Positions 25,156 through 44,999 of a stretch of DNA of 64,000 bases are shown piece after piece. The notes under the pieces are model-generated. The model was not told the origin of the DNA, made no database searches, and was given only the letters and a program-made list of their open reading frames with translations. The stretch comes from Trichoplax adhaerens (Eukaryota; Animalia; Placozoa). The stretch covers positions 2,580,152-2,644,151 of the forward strand of contig NW_002060944.1 of the NCBI RefSeq assembly GCF_000150275.1, given 5' to 3'. A program made the position numbers and the translations under genes. Each line of letters opens with the position of its first letter. The stretch's first letter is position 1.

Positions 25156-28100
25156 TACGATATTGAATCTAGGAAAGATCTCATATTTATTGCTCACTAC
25201 CGTGCAAACCTACATTTTTTGCGGAAGTACAGTAAATAGAATTACTGTTAGAATGAACGAAAAAAGTTTCTTTCTGGTGCTTCTTGAAAGCTTCAACAAG
25301 ATATCATGCCACGGCTTAAATATGGCATTTACAATTCGTAAAATCTTGTCATACACCAAAAATTTTAACCATTTGGTTTAAAAGTCTAAGTGTTACCAAC
25401 TTAGGTTACTTTTCAGTAAGATTGCATGCCAAGTGATACTTGGCTGTTTTATGAATGATTTTAATGAATAACGTGCATCTTTGACGAATAGCAGAGCTTC
25501 ATCAACTATAATCTACTTTTGACTACGTTTATAATTTAATTTCAAAAAGTGGACATTACACACTTAATAGCCAAATTTATAGATTCGTCTAGATCTAATC
25601 TAAACACACATCCTTGCTTTTCGAATAAAATTACAATGTCCCATAATTACTCATATAATTAAAAAAAAGATGAAGTATTGAAACTATTGAAACTTATGAA
25701 CATTGATTTAGTGGCACAATAACACAAAATAGAATGATGAAATGGTACTAATATATAGAAGTAAAGTTTTAAAAGGAGCTTAATATAGACGTTTAGCTTA
25801 TTGTTTAAAGGCAAATTTAAATCGATGAAATATGTCAGATTACTATATTTGAACGTTTTGCAGGATCATTTGACGTAAAAGTCTGTCCAAGACGGAGTAC
25901 ACTAAATCGTATAATATCCGCAGTATTTTAATTATGAAAGAACTAATCGGATTAAAGATTATCCCAATGCCGTATCAAATGCTGCATATATACTGTACAA
26001 GACTCAAATAACCTGATCACTCAATAACTATAAGAGCTTATATAATAATTTCGTACTTATCACTACGTTATCGACTAATTAAAAGATTGATTGCCATATT
26101 TTTATGTCTATACGGTAAAATTCTCACTAAATAAACTGATGTCAACGTTGCCCCATATAATTTAGAATGCGCCATTTCCGAAGACCTTAAACGCTAGGAA
26201 ATAATTATAGTTTACCCTGCATATATAGAAAAATAGATATCAACATTTAATTGCTAATTTTGTCTATAAGATTTTCGCATTCATTTCTCAAAGCATGTAG
26301 CGGAAGATTAAGTGAGAAATATTTTTAAAGGTATTATTAGTATTTTAACACCATTGCAATATTCATTTTTTACAAAAATAGCGACTGACAAAAGAGATAA
26401 TTTCTAATAAACAATGTAAAGACATGAAATCAGTAACGTGGATGAGGTAATACGCGTATATTAAGTTAATCATTTACGCAGGCTAGTATTCTCAGATTCA
26501 GATTCATTACCGTTTCTGAATACCGATTTAATTCATACAACGCTATATATACGCGTATAATGTACAGATTTCGAAAATATGGCTATTAAAAATACCAAAA
26601 GGTGATGCTTATGATTTGCTTCATTAAATGTCATGCTAAATTTAGCTCTCAATGCAAATAGAATTTAAAACAGCCGTAATTTTGTGATAAGCATATTCAG
26701 AATCGTAGTAAAATAATTTGTTGTATGGATCAAATTGATAAATTTTTAAGCAGTACTGTAACTTGCACGCGAGTAAGTACACGTAAGAAATTAGCGTATT
26801 ACAGCTATCCACGTGTCTCAATTGCAGACTGAAATCGCTGTTACTGGCAAGTTCAATATATCTTTAATGAAAGTACCGACCACAGTGATAATTTTATATT
26901 CGTAATAATGTAAGCCAATGATTAAAACTGTATCAAATTTTATAAACTAAATAAGAATATTACAAAATGTAGCTGGAGTTATTTCTGTTATGCTATAACT
27001 TGTTTCTTAATAGTCGCGATTCATATTTTTCATATGAATTGCGACGTCTTATACTTCAACAAATTCGTCTTGTAGATTATTTACCTAATTATGCTCGCTG
27101 GTATATCATCCGTGTATATCGATAAAGCGGTGAAGGCATGTAATCAGAAAAGTTTTTATCAATTACCATATCGAGTAGATTAGAGAGCGCACTAATTTTG
27201 AATGTTTATTACGGGAATATAATTGCTTTATTTGATGATGTGTACCACAATACTGAGATGTATATTCGATAATCGAATAGCAATTAACTATAATAAACTA
27301 TAACATACTGTACGTTAACTGCTGTACTTGTAAGTATTGCAGCCATTTAATTCATTTTCAGTTCGGAAGGTAAACAAAAAATTTCACTATTCCAGAAGTA
27401 TACTGTTTCATTATACCAGTCATCATCTACAAGTTACTTCATTAAGCATAGCAGACTTATCTATGTCCTACAGTACTTTAAATCATATAAAACTTTCATT
27501 ATGCTTCCATAATTTATCGAAATCACTCACGAGTATATTTTGATATTTTGCAGTTTTTATATGAGAAAGGTTAAATATTTTAAATCGAAGTAACAAGGAT
27601 TTTGTTTTAATACCATACTCTTAGATATTTTAATAATAGCTAGATGTAAACTCTGATTGCAATATTTTAGCATTATAGAATAGCTGCAAGAAAATGATTG
27701 TTGTGATAGGACGACAAAATAAAAATGTTACCTTGAGCTTAACTTAATAAAATTCCTTTTTATAAAACAGCTTTGCAACAAAATAACGTAATGTACGATC
27801 AATAAGTCGATTCCCTGAACCGCATATCAGGGAGCAATATCTACTCCATCAGGAATACTTTTCCTATACTAGCTAACTACACAAAGACTTACTCGCCTCG
27901 TATTTTACGTTAAACGCTAATCTAAAGAGCCCTCTTTATTATACGATATATACCGCATTTCCATACTCTTTTACAATACTTTAGACATCCTAGTTAGTAA
28001 TATTAATGCTGAAACCTTCTAATGAATCAAAAGCTAATTTTATCTGCTACTACCTAATGAAGGCAATAGTGTTTACGAACATAGACATCTAATGACTAAT

Positions 28101-28449
28101 ACAAAATAGTCGGATTGCAATATATCCTATAACGAAACATTTCCATGATAATCTACAATCTACCATAAGTAAGTTACAATCATAGTGATTTGAATTGTAG
28201 GAAGATTATTCTCGATTCCCGAAATTTAAGTACTAATTTCGGTATGCTGTCAGAAATTTCTAAGACTAACGTATTGGTCTTAGAAGTCTCTAATGATGTA
28301 TGTATATATCGCTGCCATAAAAGCTAGTGCTGTATTTAAACACTATATATCTAAATTAGAAACTCACTAAATAAGAGTAAACCAACAAAATTATCCTAAC
28401 GTAGATGTTTCTACTCTAACCTCGATATCGCAGTGTATAAGACTGTACC

Positions 28450-28497
28450 ATCCCTACTCTTACTTTTAATCTGGGATTATAAAGTAAGAGTAGGGAT
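28450..28497. repeat. Hairpin with perfect 17-bp arms
   Basis: ATCCCTACTCTTACTTT-TAATC-TGG-GATTAT-AAAGTAAGAGTAGGGAT. Confidence 0.85.
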
Positions 28498-29463
28498 TTT
28501 TATAAAGTTGAGTTCAAGGTAAAATTTTTTCTTTAGTAGTCTCTGGTTATGAGGCTTGCCAAGAAATGGCTGGCCGATATTACGATCGATAGATAAGACA
28601 ATAAAGGATTTAAAAGACAAATATGTTTTTATTATTAAAAATTTATCCAAAGAAATATAACAATCTCATGTAGAATGAAAAATTATTAGCGATTGGCGAA
28701 TGTACAAATAGGTTCGAAGTAAATTATTTGCAGTTTCTAACTAATAAATGAATCATAAAACAGCGCAATATTATTCTTTGATGAATTAAAAGCGAATACA
28801 AGATGCCGTTGCTATGAACTGTAGATACTAGCATTTAGCAGATATTTACAAAATTACATTTTTTATTTTTGCTTAAACTACTTAATCAGAATAATCATAC
28901 CGTATTAATATCATTTACCTGGATAACTGTAAAAAGATACATTTCGTAAAGCGTATCTATGCTTACTTCTACGAACTTTACAGGAACGATAATTACCGAC
29001 TCGGTACAATCCTTGATCAGAAGTGGAATGTACACTTCAATAGCATTATCAATTCTGGCTATCATTAATACTTCCATTGGTTGAGACTTGAGATTATCTA
29101 AGATGTTATCTCTGCAGCAAACTACAGTGCGCAGTACTATACTAGATTTTGCAGCCTACATTTTGAATTATCCATTTCTAACTACAAAAATTTCAAAAGT
29201 AAAGAACATATTTTTCAAATATATCTGGCTATCCTTATCTCTTTAAATAGAAAATAAGTTTTGTTAAATTTCTTTATGCAAAGAAAGTTACGTTTTATGT
29301 GTACAGTATTTAAAATATCGTAATAGTAATTTACGATGCTTTAGAAACTTTTAGCACTTGAGTTTAAAGATTTATTCCAAGATTGATTTTTCCTTGTCTC
29401 AAATTGATTGTAGTAAGTAACAATACATCAAATAAACGAAAAGACACTATTATAATTTCTTGT

Positions 29464-29664
29464 TTAAGTTAGATCGGGCTTCAATTCTACACTTCCAGCA
29501 AGTAAGATTACAAGAGCAGAAACAATAAGGAAAGTGGATCCCATGAAAAGGTAAAATTTAACAGGGTCCTCAAATATATTGCTAAAGCAAGGATCCATTA
29601 TATCTTCTTTAAAGCTTACTAATTGTGAAAGAAAGAAAGACGAAGATGTACCTTCCATCGCCAT
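29464..29664 (-). CDS. Small single-pass membrane protein, SMIM15-like
   Basis: 66-aa ORF; EDPVKFYLFMGSTFLIVSALVILLAGSVE resembles my recollection of SMIM15 (KDPYGFL..LFLASAVLSWKLAKMIE) but lacks its basic tail. Confidence 0.45.
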   Translation of the reverse strand: MAMEGTSSSFFLSQLVSFKEDIMDPCFSNIFEDPVKFYLFMGSTFLIVSALVILLAGSVELKPDLT

Positions 29665-30511
29665 AGCTACTCTTTTAAGTAGTATATTTCGATTCTTTAT
29701 TCCAATTATGATTCAGTTTTCCTGTTTTGTGTTATTATTGATCGAGTTTACTCGTATATCGACGGTTTACTAGCTCATTTTCAAATGCTTTTGTAACAAT
29801 TGAATGCTTGTTATGCGAACATTATGGGGGGGGGGGGAAAGTAAAGATGGTAAAGTATGCTTTGACTTACTATTATATTAATAGTATTAGTTCAAGTAGT
29901 GATAAAGCGTGTACCAATCCTAGGTTCTAATCGTCCAATAGTCTTTATGAAATTTACGTATGTAGTTCATTCACAATCTCTCATTTAAGGGGTTTGCTGA
30001 CATGTTGCGTTCATCTATGGAGTAGTGATGGAGATTATAGAATAGAGTTCATCATCTGTTCAAAAAATATCCTCCTACACAAAGTCTTAAACAATTACAT
30101 ATATTTTTAGGGATGTGTATCATTCATAAATGTACACATCACTACATGCGCCTGTAGGTAAATACTTGATTTTACTCTATAACTATATATTTTGTGTAGT
30201 AACTAGATACAATACTGCCTGTAGTTAATTTTTCAGATATGCATAGGTATGTGTCTGTATCGTATACTGTAATTGGTTACGATGCGACTGATCATAGACT
30301 TTAGTTTAGACCTTCTATTTTTCTATTCACTTTTCACCTTTGATGTTATTTCTGTGATTTCCTACAGTATAGCATTACACTGTATTATTTAACCTAATGC
30401 ATAAAAGCCTTCAGAGCATAGTCAGTAGCATTCATTGGACAGTTTATGTATAGCAACTACTCACAGGTTTCGCTAATTTAGAATTCAGACATATCCAGAC
30501 AATGTCAATTA

Positions 30512-30726
30512 GTTTCCATGACAGCAGCAATTCTAGCTAGTTGGAAGGTTTTTGGCGGTTGCTATAGTAATGCTGACGCTGCATTGACGGTATATTCCAT
30601 TACAATATTGCTTACTGTGTACTGTCTATAATTTCATTAGCGATATTACGGATCTTATTTAATCTTTGTAACAATCTGGTAGCTTAGATACCACAAGGAT
30701 AGATTACTTTGCGATACTACGGTAAC
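30512..30726. promoter_or_regulatory. Cluster of RFX X-box-like sites upstream of CFAP77
   Basis: GTTTCCATGACAGC (30512), GTTGCTATAGTAAT (30558), GTAGCTTAGATAC (30679), GATACTACGGTAAC (30713), all within about 320 nt of the ATG. Confidence 0.55.
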
Positions 30727-30829
30727 AGATCAGGAAGATCTTAACAAGTATCATTCTGAGACTTGTAATTATAATATCAAGAATATATACTTACTACACC
30801 AATCGCGATAATTGTAGCAGTGAAACAAG

Positions 30830-33657
30830 ATGACGGCAGTTGTAAGCGGAACTTTTGTCGGTACTTACAGAGAATCATATGAAACTAATCCATTACTGAA
30901 GAAGGTAAATTTATCCTTTGTATCAAGGAAATCAAACAGATTATAACAGATTTTTAGTGAGCCTTTGCCCTCTAGTAAATGGTATGAAATTTATGCTAAA
31001 GATTTAAGATAACTTTCAGTTCCTTTCTAGCAATTTAATTCCTAGTGTAATAACCCGGCTTCATACTAATAGTAAGAATTAGTGAATATCAGTAAGTATT
31101 TTAGGTAAATAGCTTTGATTAATCCATACTTTGATAACCTGTAAGAATAATGAAAACGGAACAGTACGTATTTGTTCAATTAGCAATAGTACTTAAATTA
31201 ATCATTATCGTCAAACACAGTAACATTGTTTCTAATCAGGAGGAATGCAGGTGCTTTTTTGTTGACATGAAATCGTTATACATATCGTTTTAAAAAGCAT
31301 CCGAAAGAGCACGAAATTTTTTTCATGACATTTTATTAATTAGAACTCGATTGAAATTTTATTAGAACAAAATTTATGCTGTTAGAGTCACTTAAAATCA
31401 AGGCTAAATTAAAAAACATTATGAATTTTATATGAGTTTGCAGCAAGTTTCCGAATATAATCAAGGCTTTATATTAAAGTATCGTTATAAACTGCATTGA
31501 AGAATGCAGCTGACATAGAATTGATAACAATTTATTGTAAGCATATTTCTGATCATTTCCGATTATCGATAAGAGCGATAGATATTTTATAGATATTTTA
31601 CTATTAGCTTTCATGTCTATAACTGAAGCGCAAAGTACCGAAAATTTTAGTACACAAAAGTAATCGATTTTCTGTAAGATTAATTTGTATATGACGTTAT
31701 ATATCGTAAAGAATGCAAATAGTGTTACCGCTCGGTTTGTAAATTATGTGTTGGCTATAAATTAGTAAAATAACAAATTTAATCCCTACGGTTAGGAATA
31801 CTCTCATAATATATAAAGTATCACAAATTCTAATGTTGTTATCACCTTATAGAGCATATTCATAATCGATACGGGTTATAACTTTCTGTGGAGTACGATG
31901 ACACAGTAAACCATTATATTTTAGTTTCTCTAATACAAAAATGAAAGAAATATTATTTGGAAGTTGATACTATTAATTTTCTGTTGCAAAATGTAATATC
32001 ACATATCATAAATCTACGATCTGCACTGCGTTCGTATATATGCTATATATACAATATTTGATGAGATATGACTAAAGTACGTATCGCATATGTGTGGTAT
32101 TAAATTTAAGAGTTAAGTTCAAATTATTATAAGAATGAAATTTTACTTGAACATTGTTCAGATTTGCTATCACAGCCTTTAAACCTGCATGTATAATATT
32201 GTATTTATGAACAGTCTGAATTAGGACGTCCATTAAATCGTGGCTTTACCCTGCCTGGCGATGATTTTGTTTACGGTGTGGCTAATCATGATAAAGGTGG
32301 CGGCGCTGCTCAGGGTAAATTTATATAGGCATAAAACATGAATATTTCAAGAACTATCTGCTTTAATTTACATTTATTCTGGATGTATTATGGATTAAGT
32401 AAAAATTGATATATTTTACTTGTAATGAATAGCTATAATGCATTGGAATAAAGACTTAAATCATAAGACGAAATTGCCTGCTTTGAAGAAGAAAGAGCAG
32501 CAACCGAAAGATTTTATTACGATGAATAAAGCTGCAACTCAATCTGGTATAACAACATCTAAGGAACAAGCAGAGTTTAGAGAAGTCAATGAAATTAGAC
32601 TAAAGAAATCATACGAGAGGAGAGCTAAACAAGCTCATAGGATACCAGTAGAAGCAGTCTTCGGTCATCCCACAAGGTAGAACCACATGAATACATTGCA
32701 TGATATTATAAATTCAAAATTTTGATAAATTTTCTTAATCACTTGTATTCTTTCTATAAGGCCATCTACGCCAGTTTTTGATCTGTTGGAACATAAATAT
32801 CAAGAGAAATGGATACAAGAAAAAAGACAGCATGAGCTTCATACCCGCGAGAAGAAGCAGCAAAAGGTTTGTCTACATAAAGCATCAGTTTTGTATGAGA
32901 TGTATTTATATGATACCGTACGTATTTGGTAAATGAATCAATGTAATAATAAGCATTGCCTAATAAATTCAGATGTTAAATGGCAAGATATATGAAACTA
33001 AGGCTTCTCTTCTACGGAAATTTGAACCACCTGTACAACAAACTTCATTTTGGCATATGCCCAAATGGGAGAAGGTAAGCTAATCATAATTACACTTAAA
33101 TCATGTGGTGCATTATAATCGTGGCTATGGGTGCTATCAAGGCTACTATTAGTTGTTTATATTGTCAAAGATGCAAAGTACTATATAATTTTATCGAATA
33201 AAATGTTTAGAATGAGGTATGATACGGTATATCCAAACGCAAGTGTGTTATAGGAGCTTTACTTATTTATTAGTCTTGCATTTTTGAAAGTTAAACTGTT
33301 GAAAATCAGATCAATGTTGAGAAGATAAACTTTTTCCGGTATTACAATTGCAAACTTAAGTTAAAGAACTTAATAGATTGCGTAAAGTAGTCATGTATAT
33401 AACGTATTATATAAACTATAATTAAACGATGGTATTTAATACATGTATGTGCACATAACATTTCATCGGTAATCTAACGGATATTATCCTTACTGATAAC
33501 CAAAAATTATTTCACACTACGATAGGTTCCGGCACATTTAGAAACTTTTAGATCAGTTAAAGCACGTGAAGCATCATTTCAAAAGCTTTATCAGGATGGA
33601 ACAGCTCGTAAAGGTATCTTTCATCATGGGGTATATGAGTTACCTAATGGCTGTTAA
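30830..33657 (+). CDS. CFAP77: Cilia- and flagella-associated protein 77 (C9orf171), 6 exons
   Basis: Exons 30830-30904, 32215-32314, 32433-32676, 32761-32866, 32973-33074, 33526-33657; motifs NPLLKKSELG, LPGDDFVYG, DFITMNKAA, FGHPTRPSTPVFDLLEHKY, WHMPKWEKVPAHLETFR. Confidence 0.92.
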
Positions 33658-35734
33658 TTAAATGTCAGGAAAGAACTTTTTAATGATAAATTCAATACAA
33701 GATATATTGTAATCAAAGTCACAGCTTGTGTATGAACGCAGTTGTGTAAATAGAACTGTATATATATATATAAATCTCGCTCTCTCTTAGTGTATGTGAG
33801 TAAATACTGCTTTTGATTGATTTTAGCTATACATGAGCTAGGTGGATGGTTAAAGCAATATTTTATAGTATCCGATATCATTAACGCAGTAATATACATG
33901 ATTCGTAACTTATTTGCAGTAGATGTAAGACGGAATTATCGTCGATCTTGTAGCAGGGAGCTGACAACGTGTTTTAATTCACGATTGAAGTGTCCCGCAT
34001 AGAAACATCGGCATTAAAACTATAGTAATATACCGTGGCATCTGTTACGAAATTGAAATAGATTATTTTGGGTTACAATGTAAATTGGATAATTATTGTT
34101 TAAATTCTTGTGTCATGAGCACGCGCATAAATTCCTTATTTTCATTAGCTAAAATTTTTTTATCTAGATTAGATCAATATAATAAAATGTTATTTACACG
34201 ATGTATTATTTTGTAAAAGTCATTAAACTGAAGACGATCCTATTTTATCAATTTGATACAATACTGAACACATCAAGCAAAGTAAAATAATTTCTTGCGT
34301 CTAGTAATGACTTCAGAGGTAATCTATCTTAATTAAATTCCGTGCTGGTACATTTCTATTGCGTAGGTGAATTTTTCAGTATACTGAAATTATTGAGATT
34401 CATCGTCCATACACGATCGAATATACAGTAACAGTTATGCAAGATTTATCATAAGAGGATATTTACCTCTTCTAGAACAATCAATAAACAACGACTATAA
34501 ATTCACACTCAGCGCCTATTATAGTTGTAATAGCAATAAAGGCAAACTATTGAAAAGGCCAACGAGTAACGTAGTCAAAGCCAATTCTGTATGATCAGAT
34601 ATTGCAGTTTTAGAGCTTCAGTACCTATTATTTAGTCCCACACAGCACAATTGGCAATAGTAATGTAATTAGTAACTAAAAATAGAAAACTACTATCTTA
34701 CAGTCTACAGTCAGAGCTAGCCATAGATTTTTTCATTAAGCGTTCTAAGTATTTACGTTATCAATAATGCAAATGTTCTACCTCATTAGAATGTATCCCT
34801 TGATTACACGAATAGGTTATTGTACTTTTAGACGCATGGAGGACTTGCAAAATAGCCAGCATTGTTCTTACGAAATCCTCGGGTGCCGTATTACCGTATT
34901 GTTAAACATGGAATAAGCTCATGGTTGCCCATTATTCAGAAAAGATAGGGATTATTGCTTATTTCAATCATGCTCTACTAAATTTTACTTGCCGTGCAAA
35001 TATGCAATATCTTCGAACATAGTATGGATCGCAATTGCTACTTAAACCCACTAATACGGCAGTTGTCTTGCTTGACTCAAAGTACGAGTAAATAAAGTTT
35101 ATAGCATGTAGAGAAAAAGTTTATTTACTTTATATAATTGTTCGGGAAGTCTACAAATTTTAAAAATTAATTTATCCTGATGGTATAATACACCGTATAG
35201 AACCTAGTTCCATCTCAATCATATCATATCAAATATTATACAGTCAATATTTACAATCAATTTCGTAGTGAGAATTAACCAACTGTAATGATTGACTCCG
35301 GAATCTGGACATTTCTACGTGGCAATATTTGTGCTCATTGCATCAGCAGTATTATATATGTATATGACTGTACATAAACATCATCAATTAACAATTATGT
35401 AAACACCTTTCGTATACATTGAGTACTCTAGTGATAACTAAATACTGTTTGGCATTCACTGCGAAATAGCGATTACTTTCGCAATGGTTAAAGGCATCTA
35501 AATACTAGCGAAACAAATATTCTAGAAGTTGCAACCATTCCCAATAAGACCTTTTACGAAGATTAATTAAAAGTAAAAGAACTTTGTAATATTGTGTGGA
35601 ATATTTGCGATGCTGTTATATTAATAACAGCGACAATTTTTAGTAAGATATATCCCAATTTGTAAGATAAGTTTCCAATTACTGCAACACAGCCACTAAT
35701 AATTATATCAATCCACGCTAGCAACATTCTAAGC

Positions 35735-40720
<4,986 letters not shown>

Positions 40721-40784
40721 GATGATTTCGGTAGGTATCTTTCCTTTTCTACAGCAACACCGTGGCACTTTGCTGTGGCTGAAC

Positions 40785-41206
40785 GTACTGTTCTTTGTAC
40801 TGTACAGTGTACAGTCGCCAACTTCTACAGTGTACAGTACACAAGTGGTCTTGTTCTGCGTACTGTACACTGTAGTTAAATTACTACAGTACATTACTCT
40901 ACTGTACAGTACTGTGTACTGAACTGTACACTACTGTACACTGTACAGTACATTGGGAGTCTAGATGACGTAATTACTACTTAATATAATTAATTAGTCA
41001 TCGTACAGGACACTACAGTATCATTGACCTGTACAGTACAGTACAGTACTGTACACTGTAGAGTCTACAGTACTGTACACTGTAGTGTACAGTACTGTAC
41101 TGTACAGTACAGCAGGGACCTTCATCTGTATTTTTGGGGGATGCCGATCCCAAGAAAGTTCAAGCTGAAATTTTGACTCAATTGGTCTACTGTACTGTAC
41201 TGTACA
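40785..41206. repeat. ACAGT array at the GPR107 5' end
   Basis: Dense CAGTA/TACTG runs starting about 65 nt upstream of the GPR107 ATG. Confidence 0.95.
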
Positions 41207-43063
41207 ATAGAATTCCCTAGGATTCTAGAGGTTCATGACTATAAAACATTCTTATGGGTAATCATTGTGACTTCGTTATGAATTTGAGAAACAATGGACA
41301 ATATTATTTTGCGCAGTACTATCATGCATCACAAAAATACTCGTGTTCAAGTGCTGGCCAAAATGGCTAATTAATTATATGTTGAAGTGATCGATGACAT
41401 ACGGTATATGTCAATAATTGTAATAGCTGTTATGCCCGGCGTTGCCCTAAACGGACTTAGAAGTTGATCGCGTATACTTTCTAACGTATATCTGCAGCTC
41501 CTTAAATGAATTTGAGCTCGGATGATTTAGAGGATGATATAGTGAATATACACTCACTACTTAATTATACGCTTATGTATAAAAATACACAGTGCAATGT
41601 AATTATAGAATAATTTTTTGGATCTAAGTAATGAGATTGTTCGAAACTGTAAACATGATAAGCTAGGTACTCCATTTATGTCTATAGACGACTTGTATTT
41701 TATGCGTTTATCCATCATATATTATACCGGTAAACAGATATAAATGAATGTCAGCATTTTAGTAATGGCTGTTTGCATCAGTATACTTGGCAGTTACTAT
41801 TGCCAATGCCGAGCAAGTTATATTATATTAATCAAAATCGCAGTCGTCAATACTTTGTATGTCCAGTGTAGGTATAACTTAGCGATAATAGGCAATAGAA
41901 CTAACTTTAGATTAATTAGCTGGACAACTGAGTAAAGCAGGATCAGTCATCAGTGTCAGTAAAATTTTGAATTACATTATTTCTATATACTGTATTTGTC
42001 CTATTCTTAATTATGACTTAAACATAATAATTCAGGACGGATTGCGCATATTTTTAAACTAATTCGCTGGTATGAATCTGAATGTTGGTGATCTGATATA
42101 CGGCATTTCTATTTTATTTTAATAATTAGAAATAGACCTTTACATCATATTTCAACTTTTGAATGATCCCTACTAACAAATCGTAAAGTTTTGCGATCGA
42201 GAATTAATTACAGCAGATTGGTTTCGTTTCACTAATAGTAACAATGAAATTTGATAATTCCAACTGGTTGCATGACTTCGTATAGATATCAAACTTTGGC
42301 TACTGACTGGGTGAATGGATCTCATTCTAAAAGTATGCATTTATTTACAGTCAACAAGCTTTGTTAACCATATAGCTAAGATAATCTAAAGACTAAATCG
42401 AAATAATGATACATATCGTAGTTGTTGCAACCGCCTCTAATCAGCATTCGTTAACATCTTCCACCTAATAAAGTGACGATATCATCTTAAACTACGAAGG
42501 CATTAAATATTTCAATACAACTGCATGCTTTAGCCTAAATGGCAATTGCAGCTATTCAATGAATGAGATTAAAGTCAAAAACTGCGCCCAATATTTCGTC
42601 AATTATTTATCTTAATAAAGTACATGCACTCCGCAATCAGTTATATATGCATATGAAGGCTAGTATTGCAGGTAAAAAAATTTAAGAAGTTATAATACTC
42701 ATAATTTACAACTGATAAACAATGAGAAATAAGAATCAATTTCAGACTTGTCGTACTATCTACAATTTTCATTGTTTGATGTGCAGGCCTGATAGTCTAG
42801 ACTGCATAAATAATTACAGAATTTACTAGATAACATAACTGGAGACTTTAAAATTTGTATGACACTGCCAAATACAAATGCACTATAATCAGAATACTTT
42901 GCCAGCTATGGTTCAAAAGTAAATAAAATATTTAATGTATTTAAGTTGCATCAGTTTATGGGATCGCAACTGCTTTATTATGCATTTCCTGTCCTGGCGG
43001 ATTTTTAAGGGTATAATAATGAGAGGAAAAGACTACATAAACTTTAAATTTTAATACATAGTT

Positions 43064-44999
43064 TTATGCATTTTCTGCTATCGGATTAGCGTGAATCGTA
43101 ATTTTTCTTATATGAATATTTCGGAGGGGCCGATAAGATTTTTCGTCGACTGGAATCTTCTCAAGATCATCAAGTATTTCAAATCCATCAATTACCCTGT
43201 CGAAATTAAATATTAATAATAATATATCAGAAAATTAATAAAAGCTATTGTTTTATAAATGGTCTCAAAAGTATCAAATAGATAAACTACATTGCACACC
43301 GCATATAGATTTGATAAAACAGCAAAGTAGTACAGTAATTACCTCATAATTTTCATCTACCAGCAACATTCTATAGTAATTATGCAATTTATTATACTCC
43401 TGAACATACAGTATGAGTAACTGTAACTATTACGTTGTACTTACTTTCCAAAAATTGTGTATTTGTTATCCAAATGCGATTGCTTTGCATAGGTGATAAA
43501 AAATTGAGATCCATTCGTGTTTGGTCCACTATTTGCCATTGAAACCATACCTCTTCTACTGTGCTATAACATAAAAAGATGCCGATGTAGTTTCTAATAC
43601 ATAACTAATTCTTAATGAATTTTTTGTTCCAGACGTAGATAAGGGCTTATACCTTGACAGCATCATTAAATTCGTCTTCGAATTTTCTACCCCAAATGCT
43701 ATTACCACCTTTTCCGGTTCCTGCATCATCATACCCATATTCATTTATGAATTAAGATTAATACTACAGCTACAGTATAACTGCTAGAATGAATCTGCTA
43801 TCTTTATATAGTGCGTGAAGGATATGGGTAATTAATTACATACGTACAGTTGAATGATTACACAGGTATTAAACAAATTACTGATACACATCATAAAGCA
43901 GTAGAAATATCATATTGTTTAGCAATTCAACCTGTAGGATCTCCGGCTTGTACCATAAATCCTGGAATATTTCTATTGTAGTATGATGATACAAGATCAA
44001 GTTGTAAGTAAACCGACCCAATTTCTTTAGGTATACAAGTATGAATATACGACAACTAATCACTAGTATAAGTTAGTAAAGTTGCTTAGTATACGTTGCA
44101 ATAAAAACAGTACATTAAGATCAATAATTGGCCATTCAATTGATTTGCATTATGATCCTAGTAAACGGGACTTGATAAAAATCTGTAATCATTGTATTAT
44201 ACTGTACTAATTTACGTTGCACCGAACTAGAAGGTTTGATATAATCTAATGTTTTCCATTATACTATGACGAAGTGCAATATTGAACATATAAACTATTA
44301 GCCCGTTAGTAATTGAGAAATTTAAAAACTGTTCAGAAATGTAATTGAATACCACATTCGTATCATGTGTAACTAATTAATTTCGTATATCATCAACAGC
44401 TAAAGTGCTCTTTAAACGGTACTCCTCGTAATGTACTTATCATGGCTATCATGTAATACGGTAAATTAAAATTTATATAATGGCACTCTTCAAGGTTGCT
44501 AATATAGCTAATTTATCAAGGCAGTGTAGCATGATTATAGAATGAACTTACCTATGAAACTGGCAATCATCATAGTAATTACTAGCACACAAAGCTAAAA
44601 AGTTCTACAAGAGAATATTCATTCAAGTTACAGTCAAAACTATTGCAGAACTCCTTTAATCAGAAATTATCCAATAGTTGATATGATATCGCCCGGTACC
44701 TCACAAGCTTTTGGGCATTCGTCACAAAATAATTCAATCTTCAAATCTCCTAGGTCAGTATGCAGTGTAACAGACTGCAAGAAAGATTTCTATTAGAATT
44801 TGAGCAAGTTCCGTTTTGCTTTTGTCATAATGTATAAGTTGTGATATCTCAATTTATCCAATCGCTCAATTATATTTGTATAATTAATATGTAAGTCTTA
44901 TCAATTTTACAGCTAGTAAATTACTTAATGATTCAATATGGTTACTAGTTGCAAGTACGCGTATGCTCGAATTTCTATTGTATACTGTGAACTAACCAT
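43064..44999 (-). CDS. PPIL3: Peptidyl-prolyl isomerase-like 3 cyclophilin, 7 exons
   Basis: ATG|gt at 44999, then [82 protein letters not shown]. Confidence 0.95.

Noticed and set aside
42036-42330. Splice creating an in-frame TG|A, possible selenocysteine
   Set aside because: No known selenoprotein motif, no SECIS identified, and the exon model is unsupported.
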